Positions 50,101 through 62,361 of a stretch of 64,000 nucleotides of DNA are shown piece by piece. This DNA is from Mizuhopecten yessoensis (Eukaryota). Location of the stretch: the NCBI RefSeq assembly GCF_002113885.1, contig NW_018479965.1, positions 1 through 64,000 of the forward strand. The letters are read 5' to 3'. A program made the translations under genes and the position numbers. Each line of letters begins with the position of its first letter. Position 1 is the stretch's first letter. The notes beneath the pieces were generated by a model. The model worked only from the letters and a program-made list of their open reading frames with translations, was not told the DNA's origin and did no database searches.

Positions 50101-53100
50101 GCCAGTAACATGCTGTGATGAAGGGCTACCAAGTTTGTTCAAATGAATGACCTTCATCTTTTTTCAAGGTCATAGGGNAATGAATGACCTTGACATATAT
50201 ATTCAAGGTCACAGGGGTCAAATATGTTTAAAACCATTGAATGACTTCTTCTTAATAAGCAAAAGGCCAAGAGTGATGATATTTGGCCATTAACATGCTG
50301 GGATGAAGGACTACCAAGTGAATGACCTTCACCCATATTCAAGGTCACAGTGGTCAATAGATATTTAAATCTTTAAATGATTTGTTCTGTATAACCAAAA
50401 GGTCCAGGGTAATGATATTTTGCCAGAAGCATGCTGGGTTGGAAGACTAAAAACTCTGTTCAACCTTATGTCATTGTTCGACATTCAAGGTCACAGGCAT
50501 CATATGTTTAAATCTTTTAATAGGTTCTTATGAATCAAACACTGATATTCTGCCTGTAGCTGTATTTTAGTCAACTTTTAAGGTTACAAATGTGAGATTA
50601 ATACCAGGTGAGCGATGCAGGCCCATTGGGCCTCTTGTTACAATCATATTGCACTTGTTATTCTATTGTCATGCACCGCTGTTAGTATTATTTGTTCTGT
50701 TGATATATAATATTATTATGCTGCTACTATTTTATTGTCTTGATACTACAATTGTACGATCAAGTTTTACTGTTGCTAGTATTAAATCGTGAGGAGACCA
50801 CTATTGTTTGATAGTGTCTGTCCATCATCCAAGCCGCGATGGCCGAATGGTTAAGGCGTCCGACCGTCTACGATCACTAGCCCTCCACGACTTGGTCGCA
50901 GGTTCGAGGCCTACATGGAGTAGTCGCCATGTACTGGCCGCAGGTCGGTGTTTTTTCTCCAGGTTCTCAAGCAATCATCAACCACCAAAACATGACACGT
51001 CCTTAAATTGACCATATTTGTTAATAGGACGCAAAATACATACAAACCAAACCGTTGTCACCACTGCAGGTCGGCGATCGATAAAGGAATACACCTGCTG
51101 TTATTCACGGCATGTATAGTAAGATGCGACTAATGTGGAATCCCTTGCATTATTTGGGATTTGCTTAGGTGTCCTCTATTTGGGGACACAAAAGCGACCA
51201 AAATAAATCTGTTTCACCCATTGCAATAGTTGGGTTCTTCATATTTCTCAATACTTCTAACTTCCTTTTATTTCCTAGAGCGTTGCTTGGCAACACCTTG
51301 CTTTTGGCTTTAATGTTGAACGTTCGTCCCGGTGAGAAAGGCGATGGGTTTTGTCCCAAGGCCGGGACATACCAATGTTCTTAAAAATGGTAGTTGTTAT
51401 TGCCTGCTTAACGTTCAGCATTGAGCGTAATGGAAGCAACTGGTTCACCCGTTGTCAGTATAATGTGACCGAGTGGAATGCTGTGATGGGTGCCTTGGGC
51501 ATGGTACATTGTATTTCAGAGAGATACCACTATAAAATCGGTATCAGATCCGCGCCATCAGAAGGAGGCAAGCACACCAACATATCCCGTCTACGGCACA
51601 TATACACATCTGAGAAGTAAAAAAAATCCTGTATTAAACTTTTTTTTCTTATATGGAATTTTGGAAAAGGGTGTTAATGAGTTAAAACAATAAGATTTAG
51701 AAATTTTACTTCCATAATTGTTCTGCATATGGTCAAAACCCCAAAAATCACCTTAAATCACATGTTGTGTTAAATTGGTATCATTGACCGATCATAGCAC
51801 AAAAACGAACACACGGACATATTTTTTTTTTGCATTTTCTACTATAAAGTTGTACAGCAAAATTGAACCTGCTACAATTTGAAACGGAAACTCAATGGCA
51901 ATTTAAGTGATAAATCTAGTGTCAAAAAAGGTTATTTTTTTTGCCTTTTTTGAAGCGCAAGTAATACACATTAAAACACATTTTCAAAATGGCCGCCGAA
52001 TTGTTAATTTTTTTAAATTCTTGTAAAGAAAAATCTACAAATAACAGTTTTTTTTACATATTTTTCAGATGTGCTTTTGCTAATAAACTTGATCATAATT
52101 TGTTAAATATTACAAAAACCTGTTACACCAGATCAAAACGAGACTCGAACGTGATGGAAACCTCAGAAGAGTACATCCTTAAATGATCTTAGCTGTTCAT
52201 AGGACGTTGAATAAAATAAAATAAACCAAACAAAAGCATTGTCCAACATTTTCCTTATTACAACAGGCTACACTTATTGTGTCCTACATGGTGAAAAACA
52301 TGCCTACGGACGTATTCTCTGGGGTAGCTAACAGCCATGGCGTAGGGATTTTCACTGCCGCTGACGGTGCCACTGCATTTCCCGAGAACGCGCATCTTGC
52401 GGACACTCCTCAGTGTCACGGTAGGATAATTTCCAGATTATTTCCTGTTCTGCTATCTAGTTGGTTTAAAATCGAACAAAAATGTGTCAGTGCTATTTGA
52501 TGATGATTTTTTTCCCTTTCCAAATGCTTCTTAATTGTTTTCACAACCTCTGTTCAGACTGCATTTGGTTAAACAGGCATTTGTACTGGAGCATGCGCAT
52601 ACACATGTACGTCTGACGGACGAAAGTATTCAACAATTGCCGGAATTACCAATTCCCGATCTGTGGCACTTTCGATTAATGTCGGCTGCCAGCCTGGCGA
52701 CCCACAAGGTGGACAGGAAAACATACTTGTGCACGAGTTTGGGCACTTAGTTTTGATGAATATGCCACAGTCATACAAGAATCAGGTGAGACAAAATGTA
52801 TTTAATTAAAGATTCGCAAGTATTTTTTTTGATCCACTAAGGATGATATCGAATTTGTCCATAAGATCTGAGCAACCAGTTTTCTATTTAAAAATGGTTT
52901 TGTTTTACCTTAACACCATGACATCTTGTATTTGTCGCCTACCCGTTTATCATTTACGATGCAAAAAATATATAGTATATTCGTTTTGTTCATTCATTTG
53001 GTAACAAAGAGTAACAATTCGAGTAAAAAAGTGATCAAAAATATAATATAAACTATAATAAATAAGGATTAAATGTCCATGTGACGTAAGTAAATATAGA

Positions 53101-54376
53101 AAAATAAGATTTAACGACAGACTAAAAAGCTAGCTGCTATCACCCTTCACATAGCTCTTTATGTTTATTTCAACGGCATAGCAAGTAAGTTGGCTTCAGT
53201 TTGTCAACCATTCTTGTGTACTTCGTGACGTCAGGTTACTATTGTAGTGTGATGACATGTAATTGTGAAGTCACGAAGTTGTTCTTTTGAAATAAACCTG
53301 AAGAGCCATGTGAAGGGTGAAAGCAGCTATTGTTTAAGTCGGTCGTTAAATCTTATTTTTTCTATATAAACTATATATATGTAATTTTATTCAATCCTCC
53401 TGCATATTTCGAAGGTGTCCAGAAATAGCAAAGAATCTACACGTTTTTCAAAGATATACATGTATATTCTCTGTTAAAAGCCACGCAGGGTGCCCGTTGT
53501 CTGATGGCAAACATTTTACACCCTAAATTTATGTTCATTTCAAACGGTCGATCTTATGTTCTTTAACATAAATATACCGTTTCCATCTCAAGGTGATCAC
53601 TGCCTACAACTACGCGGTCCAGCACAATGTGTGGTATCCCGGTTACGAACTTAGCAACAAGGACGAGTATTGGGCCGAGGCAACCGCCTCTTTCTTCAAC
53701 GTTATTACTAGGGACGATGGGCCTGCGGGAGGAATGAACAAGTAAGTATTGGGTTTGCTTATTGATATGGTAGAGAGATAGAAAGTCTCATGTACACAAT
53801 AAGTCGTGTAGGGGAAAAGCGTTCGAAATGGTAAAAAATAGTAGGTGCGTGTTTCAGGCATATTATGGAAAAGAATAAGAAAATGACTTGTGATACAGGT
53901 ATTTTAGAATTTTAGAAAAGGTAAAAAAGAAAGAGAGCAAAACGATGCTATCATCATGTTGCACGATATGTAAAAGAGGAGAAGTAATTTTGAATAGAAG
54001 GTTCCAGACAAAAAACAGCATACACCAATGTCAATGAGCAATCAATAGTTTTCACGAATAAACGACAAAATATATCCATTTCTTTTAATGAGTTTATATA
54101 GAGCATCAAGTTGTCTAGAACAAGTTTAGCAATTATATAAAATATTGCAATAAAACAGATTAACTAGTTTATCTTACAAAATTACAAAAGTATTCCTGCC
54201 AACTTTGCAATGCGTGCTGTTTTGCTTACAGGTGTGAATTTACCCACATTTGTACCTCGGAGACAGAAAACAGGGCCTGGTTAAAGAAACACGATGCATG
54301 GCTATTCAATGTTCTCAGTCAAGTCTACACAAACAATCACCCCGAGTACCCCAGTGGACTTCGGATATGTATGTGA
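47114..54376 (+). CDS. Secreted zinc metallopeptidase (HEXXH gluzincin, ATLF/PPEP/MtfA-like), 317 aa, 7 exons
   Basis: Exons 47114-47177, 47356-47398, 49134-49323, 52267-52420, 52577-52785, 53593-53741, 54232-54376 (954 nt, phases consistent). Signal peptide SFILVLTTIFISVLG; DPQGGQENILVHEFGHLV; Y..SNKDEYWAEATASFF; WLKKHDAWLF. Confidence 0.85.
48744..48871. mobile_element. Hairpin MITE core
   Basis: Imperfect inverted arms gatatgtcagtcatcaca...ggggcggggctcaaccc / gggttgaaacccgcccc...tgtgataattgacatatt. Confidence 0.65.
49521..50639 (+). mobile_element. Complete HINE (non-autonomous Helentron) with an internal about 145-bp tandem array
   Basis: 5' end tttttagctcacctggcccgaagggcc and a GTCC microsatellite; about 6 units containing tcaaggtcacaggggtcaaat; 3' subTIR caggtgagc plus hairpin ggcccattgggcc, ending tcttgtt. 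Confidence 0.85.
50833..51052 (+). mobile_element. tRNA-derived SINE
   Basis: A box tggccgaatggtt and B box ggttcgaggcc. The tail ccttaaa..gttaataggacg..aaaccaaacc is shared with copies at about 4995-5055 and 52175-52232. Confidence 0.75.
51322..52232 (+). mobile_element. Second SINE (Meta-SINE-like core) interrupted by an AT-rich insert
   Basis: Core aaaaatggtagttgttattgcctgcttaacgttcagcat; the shared SINE tail lies at 52175-52232. Confidence 0.45.
53094..53367. mobile_element. MITE with about 80-bp terminal inverted repeats in a TA context
   Basis: tatagaaaaataagatttaacgac..gctgctatcacccttcacat ... atgtgaagggtgaaagcagc..gtcgttaaatcttattttttctata. Confidence 0.8.
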
Positions 54377-56499
54377 TTCGTACTAGAAATAGGGTCTCAC
54401 GTAATACTTTAAATAAATATGAATCATTAAAATGTTTATTGTGTATTGTATGATACATAGAACTGTTGATGTTGTATAAAACTATAAGAATTATTTATAA
54501 TTTGCGAGATAAACCAATAAAGTCAATATACACAATTCAAACAACTTCGCTGATCGACAGGAGCAAAACTGCGTAAATAGACATTCACAAACATAAAAGA
54601 TTTACGGTAAGTTGATGCACGATCCAAACAAACATATTGATTAATAATTCAAAAATATGGATTTGGCTCATTCACTTAAATTGTTCGATGGGGACCAGGG
54701 AATGTTAATTAAAAGATTACAAAGTTACCTTTTCGTTATGTTCTACACCCTGGTCAGACATACTGTACTACATGTGATGACGACAAATGTAATGATGTTT
54801 CAAGGGAATCGGTCAATGACATAATGGACGGAGTTATGGACGGGCAACATCGTATCATACTAAGTAATACAACGTTGTGTATTTGGTGGTGTATAAAAGC
54901 AATTACACCAGGGGAAGGTACTCAATTTTGTGAGAAAATAGAACAATGATTATCAATTAATCATTTGGTATAGATAAATGAAATCAAATAATAATTTAAA
55001 CCAAGAAATTTTGTGTAATGAAACATCAAACTGTTTCGTCTGAAAAGGACACGGACAATTGTTTTATACGGGATAACCATCATCTATTATTTCTATTTAG
55101 GATACCCAAAATTACCTTTAATGATTTCCTCTTTGTATACCCCAAGAGGCTGATACCGAAATTGTGATAGTAAACCAAATATGACACAGTCATACTGGCT
55201 TGTGACATCTTTAAACAGGTAAAGTTTTGAACCTAGGATTTTATTAAACGGTAGCAATAAGTGTACAGTATTTAGTATAAAGTCGTATTACGTTTTATTT
55301 TCATATCAATAAAAATATAATAGAGTTTTGGTTATTTTTCCTCAAAAGAGAACTCCTCTTTCTGATTCTGTATTATCATCAGAGCAAAAGCATATCCAGT
55401 GAAACACAGAGGAAGGCGATGACGTCATATACATTTGTTTATAATTTTGCGTTCATCTTTTAACATCCGATTGGTTGAAGTTATTTAGGGATGAAATAAC
55501 AGCACAATGTAGTGTTCTGTACAACATTCATTCTTTTCATCAGACATGTCTACAATATGAACTAAAAAATGTCTATCTTTCTAAGCTAAATTATAATGAA
55601 TAAACATGATTATTTGGGTGTTATTCGATATTTACCGACAATCTGTGTGCATGTTTGTGCATAAACAGCTTCGAAGATCTATGCAAATTGCACAGGTTTT
55701 TTTCTGTATAAACCATATCCCCCAAAAGTTATTCTGGTTATTCCTTAAATAAATATGTCATAACACATATCAGCAGACGTATGTTTTGTTATAAACCGTT
55801 ATAGCTGTATATCAGCATATCTGTGAAGTCTGAGAGAGCGTGCAGATCTCCCCTCATTATGTCTAACACATCTCCCTGTGAGTGTCGTCGGATGCACTGC
55901 TCTCGGAAATCTTCGGAACATCTTTGGAACTTTCCAAATAGAATAAGCTTCTTCTCTTTTATCGTATATAAATCTGATAATCAAAAAAAGCATCGGATTG
56001 AAAATAAAACTTGGTACACATGCAGATATAACCAGTGCTTACAGGTTTCACTTCATACTATGACAACGGCATTGCTGTAAATAGACGTATGGCGTAAAAC
56101 TGATTGATGAAGCGCACATCAGTTCATAAACAAACTTCAGCGTATTTTGTCGCTGACAAAATACATTGTAAAAAACGTTTTGACGTTAATCCGAGAGCAC
56201 TGAATAGAACTATACATTTAATTAAGGAATTGATCAAGAAGCATGCTTTTTATGTTATCTGTAGCCTTTCGCGTATCTGTTAACTCAATGCTGGTATCAG
56301 GGAGTTTGAATAATCAAACAAAAATTATACTGTTTTACTAGAAATGTAAATTTTACCAATATGTGCTGTCTTCGACCAGTTTTTTGGAGTGCTCGATCTA
56401 CAGCCGTTTCCATATCGCTCAGGTGAAAATTTAAGACCATTCCAAGAACGTCGTTCAGGTTGACGTTGCCTGTAAACTCAGTTGGGATCAAGGTACAGA

Positions 56500-59400
56500 G
56501 GAAAGTGAGCGAGATCGCTGCAAACGCATATGTGCCCTAGATGGGCCACGTTTTGAAGGGTTTTTTTTCCTGAAGAGGAAGGGGTTTTTGAAACATTGAC
56601 TGTTGATGGTGGTGTCGTCTTTTGTTGTTTGTGAGGTTAATTGGTTTTAGTTTTGGCGGTGAAACGGGATGGATCTCCCGTGAGGATCTTCAAGTTATGT
56701 TGACCAGCCATGTTTGGGACTGGCGAGCCCCAGGCAGGTCTGTCCTCAGATACTTGAACCGAAGCATCTTGGACTGCGACATTGTCAACCGGCGACCGGA
56801 CTTTAGTCACTTGTGCATATGAGGGTGCAGCCACGTCTGAACTCTCCACTATCCTCCTATCCTCGAGAAAGGAGACATTCCGGGTATATTTGACCCGCAA
56901 TATCTCGCTTTCGCGATTCCAGACAGGACAGTCTCGAGACGAAGCTGCATGCTTTCCCTCACAATTGACAAAACGCAGAATTAAAGGCAAATATAGAATG
57001 ATCAAGTTAAACACAAATTTACAGGCTGTTGCTGTCTGTGCAACATTACACAGACAAATAACCGTCTGTTCAATTTATCATCCTCCGAGTATTGTCTTTT
57101 ACTTGTGAGCAACTCAATAACATCGTCTCCCAACTCCCTACACCGTTCATAATCCTCGGTGATTTTAATGGTCATAATAGCCTGTGGGGCTCTCCAAAGA
57201 CAGACGAGAGAGGAAGACGTATTGACGAATCTATAGATAAAAACAACTTGTGTCTTTTTAACAACAATACCCCTACCTATTTACATCCTGCTACATGCTC
57301 TCGTACCCACATTGAGCTATCATTATGCCATCCTTCCATTCTACTTTAAAATGACTGGAAGGTAAATAATGATCTTTGTGGGAGTGACCACTTCCTAATT
57401 TTTCACTCCTCTTGATGATCCTCTACCTCGATGGAATGTGCACAAAGCAGATTGGGTCCAATTCCAACACATGTGCAACGAGTAGCTTACCACAGAAAAA
57501 TTACTAACCTCGACGACGCAATCAAAACTTTTATTGAAACACTCACTTCTATTGCCCAAAAGACAATTCCAAAATCCGCTCCAAAACCTACCAAGTTCCT
57601 TTTATCAGAAGAATCTTTTACAACACGCAGTAATCGGGCAGCTGCTCTAAGACGCTACTTGAATTGCTTCAAACTATAGCGATTTACAAATTTGGCGGGC
57701 AAACGCTCGGCGATCAATTAAAATTGACAAAAGAAACAGATGGAGAGAATATGTATCCAAGGTATCATCAAACACGTCCTCCAAAAAAGTATGGGATATG
57801 ATTAGGGAAATAAGTGGGAAAAAGAAAAAGTCAACATCCTCCCACCTCATTAACAAAAACAAATGTTTTTCGTCTAAGTCTGAAATTGCTGATGCATTTG
57901 CAAAAAGCATTGCTAAAAACTCATTCCCTTTAAACCACTCTCAAAAATTCCAGTCTTTAAGGAAGGAAAAGAAAAGAAGCGGCTCAATTTCAAATCATCA
58001 AAGAAAGAAAGTTCCATAAACCATTTACCCTACCAGAACTTGTTGATTCGCTACCCATCCCAAAACCGGGAAAGGAAGCTATTGACCCAAACAACTATCA
58101 TCCTATTTCTCTGACTAGTTGTCTATGTAAAACTTGAGAACGCATGATAAACACAAGACTGGTTTGGTTTCTTGAGGCCAACGATTAAATATCCCCTCTT
58201 CAAAGTGGTTTTAGAAATAGAATAGGGACAAATGACCATCTCATCAGACTCGAGACATTCATTCGAGAGGCTTTCGCCAAGAAGGAACACCTTGTTGCCG
58301 TGTTCTTTGATCTTGAGAAGGCCTACGATACTACATGGCAGTATGGCATCATGAAAGATCTTCATGACCTTGGCGTACGTGGAAAACTCCCAAATTATAT
58401 ATCTAATTACCTATCAGATAAACACTTCAGAGTCCGTGTTGGTTTAACTTTTTTCTGAAATGTCTAAACAGGAAAAGGGAGTCTCACAGGGTGGACTCCT
58501 ATCAGTCACGCTGTTTGGTCTTAAAATCAATGATATAGCCAAATGTCTTGGTCAGTCAACAGAAGGGTCGTTATTCGTGGATGACTTCTTGATCTGTTAC
58601 AGATCTAAGAAAATGCACACGATAGAACGACAACTTCAACAGAGTTTAAACAAACTACAAAATAGGGCAGACGAAAACGGCTTCAAATTCTCTAAATCTG
58701 AAACTGTGTACACGCATTTCTATGGCAAGCCAACTTAACATTTATTCAAGGAGCAATGTCGATTCTGTATTTCATCGAATTATATAAGATATCTTATATA
58801 CTATATGAGATATCTTATATCGTATATAAGATATCTCATATAGTATATGAGATATCTTATATAGTATATGAGATATCTTATATAATGTATAAGATATCTT
58901 GTATACTATATGAGATATCTTATATAGAAATTAAATGAGATGCTATATAAGATATCTTATATGATATATAAGATATCTTATATCGTATATAAGATATCTC
59001 ATTTAATTTTCTATATAAGATATAAAATATCTCATATAGCTATATAAGATATCTTATATAATTAAAGTCTCGTTACTAAATAAGATATCTTATATAGGAA
59101 CGAGATTTTAACAAAATGTCGAAAATGAAGTCTCCCCGTCCGGAATATCTCGAGGATCTACGTAGGGACAGTAGGCTTGTTGTAACAACACGTGTTCCTG
59201 TCGCCGCCATTATGTCTGAGCCCACTTCAAGAGTGCGTAAAATGGCAGCCTCTGCTTTGGCCGCTAGAAGAGAGACAAGGCGAGCTAGTCCTAGGGAAAA
59301 TACAGCATCCGTACCATCCCTCTCCGCCATTGCGCCCAATGCAATCCTGAATGTTCTCCGAATGATTCTCGAGGGAGAAATTAGTTTCTGGTTTTTAATG

Positions 59401-61273
59401 CTACGAAATCTCATTCTATATCAGATATCTTATATAGCAACGAGATTTCAATTATATAAGATATCTTATATAGCTATATGAGATATCTTATATATTATAT
59501 GAGATATCTTATATAGAAAATTAAATGAGATATCTTATATGCGATATAAGATATCTTTTATAGTATATATGATATCTTATATACTTATATAAGATATCTT
59601 ATTTAATTTCTATATGAGATATCTCATAAAGGATATATATCCCTCGAGAATTTGCAGGATTGCATTGGGCGCAATGGCGGAGAGGGATGGTACGGATGCT
59701 GTATTTTCCCCAGGCCTAGCTCGCCTTGCCTCTCTTATAGTGGCCAAAGCAGAGGTTGCCATTTCCCACACTCCTGAAGTGGGCTCAGACATAATGGCGG
59801 CGACAGGAACACGTGTTGTTACAACAAGCCTACTGTCCCTACGTAGATCCTCGAGATAATCCGGACGGGGAGGCTTCATTTTCGACATTTTGTTAAAATC
59901 TCGTTCCTATATAAGATATCTTACTTAGTAACGAGACTTTAATTATATAAGATATCTTATATAGCTATATGAGATATCTTATATATTATATAAGATATCT
60001 TATATAGAAAATTAAATGAGATATCTTATATACGATGTAGGATATCTTATATATCATATAAGATATCTTATATAGCACCTCATTTAATTTCTATATAAGA
60101 TATCTCATATAGTATATAAGATATCTTATATATTATATAAGATATCTCATATACTATGTAAGATATCTCATATACTATATGAGATATCTTACATACGATA
60201 TAAGATATCTTATATAGCATATAAGATATCTCATAGGCTATATAAGATATCTTATATAATTCGATGAAACACAGGATCGACATTGTTCCTTGAATAAATG
60301 TTAAGTTGGCTTGCCATACATTTCTGTCAAAAACGAAAAGCACACAATGACCCAAATCTTTCAATCGATGGCACCAGAATTCTTGTTGTTGAACAGACGT
60401 AATTTCTCGTCCTCATTTTTGAATCGAAACTGTTATCTGAAGGATAAGTGTTCCAAGGCATTAAACATTATACGAGTCCTTTCTCATACTGATTGGGGAG
60501 CGGACCGTGAAATGCTTTTGCGCCTATACAGATCACTTATTCAAACAAAACTGGATTATGGTTCTATGGTTTACGTGTCGGCGCGCAGGTCGTACCTGTA
60601 GATACTAGACCCAATCCATAACAAAGGGCTACGTCTAGCCATTGGAGCTTTTCGAATAAAACCTGTAAAACAGTTTGCGGCTCAATTAAAATCAAACCCT
60701 AAAAATCCTGCTTTCGACCAAGTAATCAACCCAAAATACCAAAATATGTTTACGCAAAACCCAAAACTTCTGCCAACATTTGGTATCCGAATTTCAAATT
60801 TCCTGCAAGATTTCAACATAGAGTTGACTTACATAGCTGAATTTAACATATCTGATGTTCCTCCGTGGACCATTCAAACACCTGAATTTAACTTTACATT
60901 ACATGAGCGAGGGAAATCAAGTGTTATGCCCGAAGAACACAAATCCTCCTTTCGGGAATGCATTTCGAATTACCCTTCCCATACACAACTTTACACCGAT
61001 GATTCCAAAGAAGGTGAGAAAGTGACACCAGCCTGCTGTACTGCTAATTCTTGCACTTCAGTTCGACTACCAGACGGCGCCTCCATCTTTTCTGTCGAGG
61101 CATGCGCCATTGGTTTAGCCCTCGACCATATCGATGAACACCGCATTAAAAAGGCAATCATTTGTTCAGACTCTCTATCTGTCCTCCAGAGTTTACAGTT
61201 ACGAGATCCTAAAAACACACTCGTACAACCCAGTCGGAAAGATCGTAGAGAGGAATCTTGCATTGCTCCGTAC
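56500..61273 (+). mobile_element. Decayed I/Nimb-clade LINE (APE-RT-RNase H) with a 5'-inverted ORF1 fragment
   Basis: Plus strand from about 56973: LQAVAV, IILGDFNGH, SDH, FFDLEKAYD, QGGLLSVTLF, FVDDF, WGAD, RNase H (YTDDSK, CSDSLS) and RREE. Minus strand about 56972-56500: ORF1 knuckle NCEGKHAASSRDCPVW..EI. Confidence 0.88.
58721..60318. mobile_element. Non-autonomous foldback DNA transposon, IS3EU-like (TATGG...CCATA termini, 6-bp TSD CATTTC)
   Basis: About 630-bp inverted arms; TSD at 58715-58720 and 60319-60324; removing the element restores the LINE RT frame (H-F-C-Q-K-R-K); dozens of TAAGATATCTTA-type palindromes. Confidence 0.85.
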
Positions 61274-62236
61274 TGTGATGAATGTACATATCGTAATCCT
61301 ACCTTCGCTGATTTAGCATATTATTCAGGTTAGATACGTTGATCTGTTGGCGTTAATCATTTGTGTTATGTCTCCGTAATTCGAACGCTTAGAAGACAGA
61401 TAGTTTTCGAGGTACAATCAAAACGTACAGGTGATTATACCTCACTCACCGCTAGGTGTCGCTAGGATAGCAAGAGGGTATAAATAGGCAGAATCCAGCG
61501 ACAATCGGCCCAGTTCTGTTCTGATCTCGGCGTGTGTACAGCAGTGACAGATCGCAAGTACCTAATATATGCGAGACCGGCTTTGTGTTGGAAAGATAGA
61601 AGTGACTGAATAAGTCTTGCCTTGATCCACACACTGCCTGGAAGATATATTAAATAAACGATTGAGTGCTGTAGCGAGATACCGTTAGACAGAAGGTGTC
61701 ACGGGCATAGGCTGTGCAGTGCTAGTCGCGACCAGGCTAGTCGTGACTAGGTATAGTCGTTGGTGCTAGTCGTGACTAGGGGTAGTCGCGACCAGGCTAG
61801 TCGTGACTAGGTATAGTCGTTAGAGCTAGTCGTGACTAGGGATAGTCGTGGTCATTAGAGAGTGCTGTAGTTGTATACTAGTATGAGGCTGTCGTGATCG
61901 GCGCGACTAGGTCATATAGCTAGGTAGCTGACTATAGGGCAACTATAGTGACTAGGGCTAGCCGCGACTAGGTAGTCGAGTTGTGTACTGCCTGGATTGT
62001 ACGGTAGTGTGTGTAGTGTGTTATATTGATACAGAGCAGATAGCTTTGGTATTAGTTCTATAGTCGTGCAGTAATTATTCTGTTCATATCATGTATTAAG
62101 CATTAGGTAATAGGTATGCTGGTTACAAGGTAGTAACACATATTTGTATATATTTGCAACTGTAGTATAGTTATAATTAAGCTTACAGCACAGGGATCCT
62201 TAGAAGTGACTAGGGTACGGACCCCGGAACGTTACA
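61274..62236 (+). repeat. 5' LTR of a Ty3/Gypsy element (about 963 bp)
   Basis: TGT...ACA ends (the start position is inferred from where LINE similarity stops), TATAAA near 61480, AATAAA near 61653, internal ctagtcgtgactag repeats; followed by a PBS. Confidence 0.75.
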
Positions 62237-62242
62237 TAATTT

Positions 62243-62262
62243 TGGTGGCAGCGTGTGGGATC
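62243..62262 (+). promoter_or_regulatory. Primer-binding site complementary to the tRNA-Leu 3' end
   Basis: TGGTGGCAGCGTGTGGGATC begins 6 nt after the LTR end and matches the complement of ...AUCCCACCGCUGCCACCA with one extra base. Confidence 0.75.
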
Positions 62263-62361
62263 CCTGTGGTTAGGTTTCAGTATTATAATTTGTGTTTATT
62301 AGAATAAACCTGTACTGTTTTTATAGTCATACCTTATAGTTATTTGTATTGGTTTGTGAAG

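Noticed and set aside
50833-50915. Possible tRNA gene
   Set aside because: A and B boxes are present, but there is no clean cloverleaf and the sequence runs into a tail shared with other SINE copies.
59076-59888. Paired 81-121-aa ORFs and the YEISYI-repeat ORFs nearby
   Set aside because: They are by-products of the palindromic element and its 21-bp repeats, with no transposase motifs.
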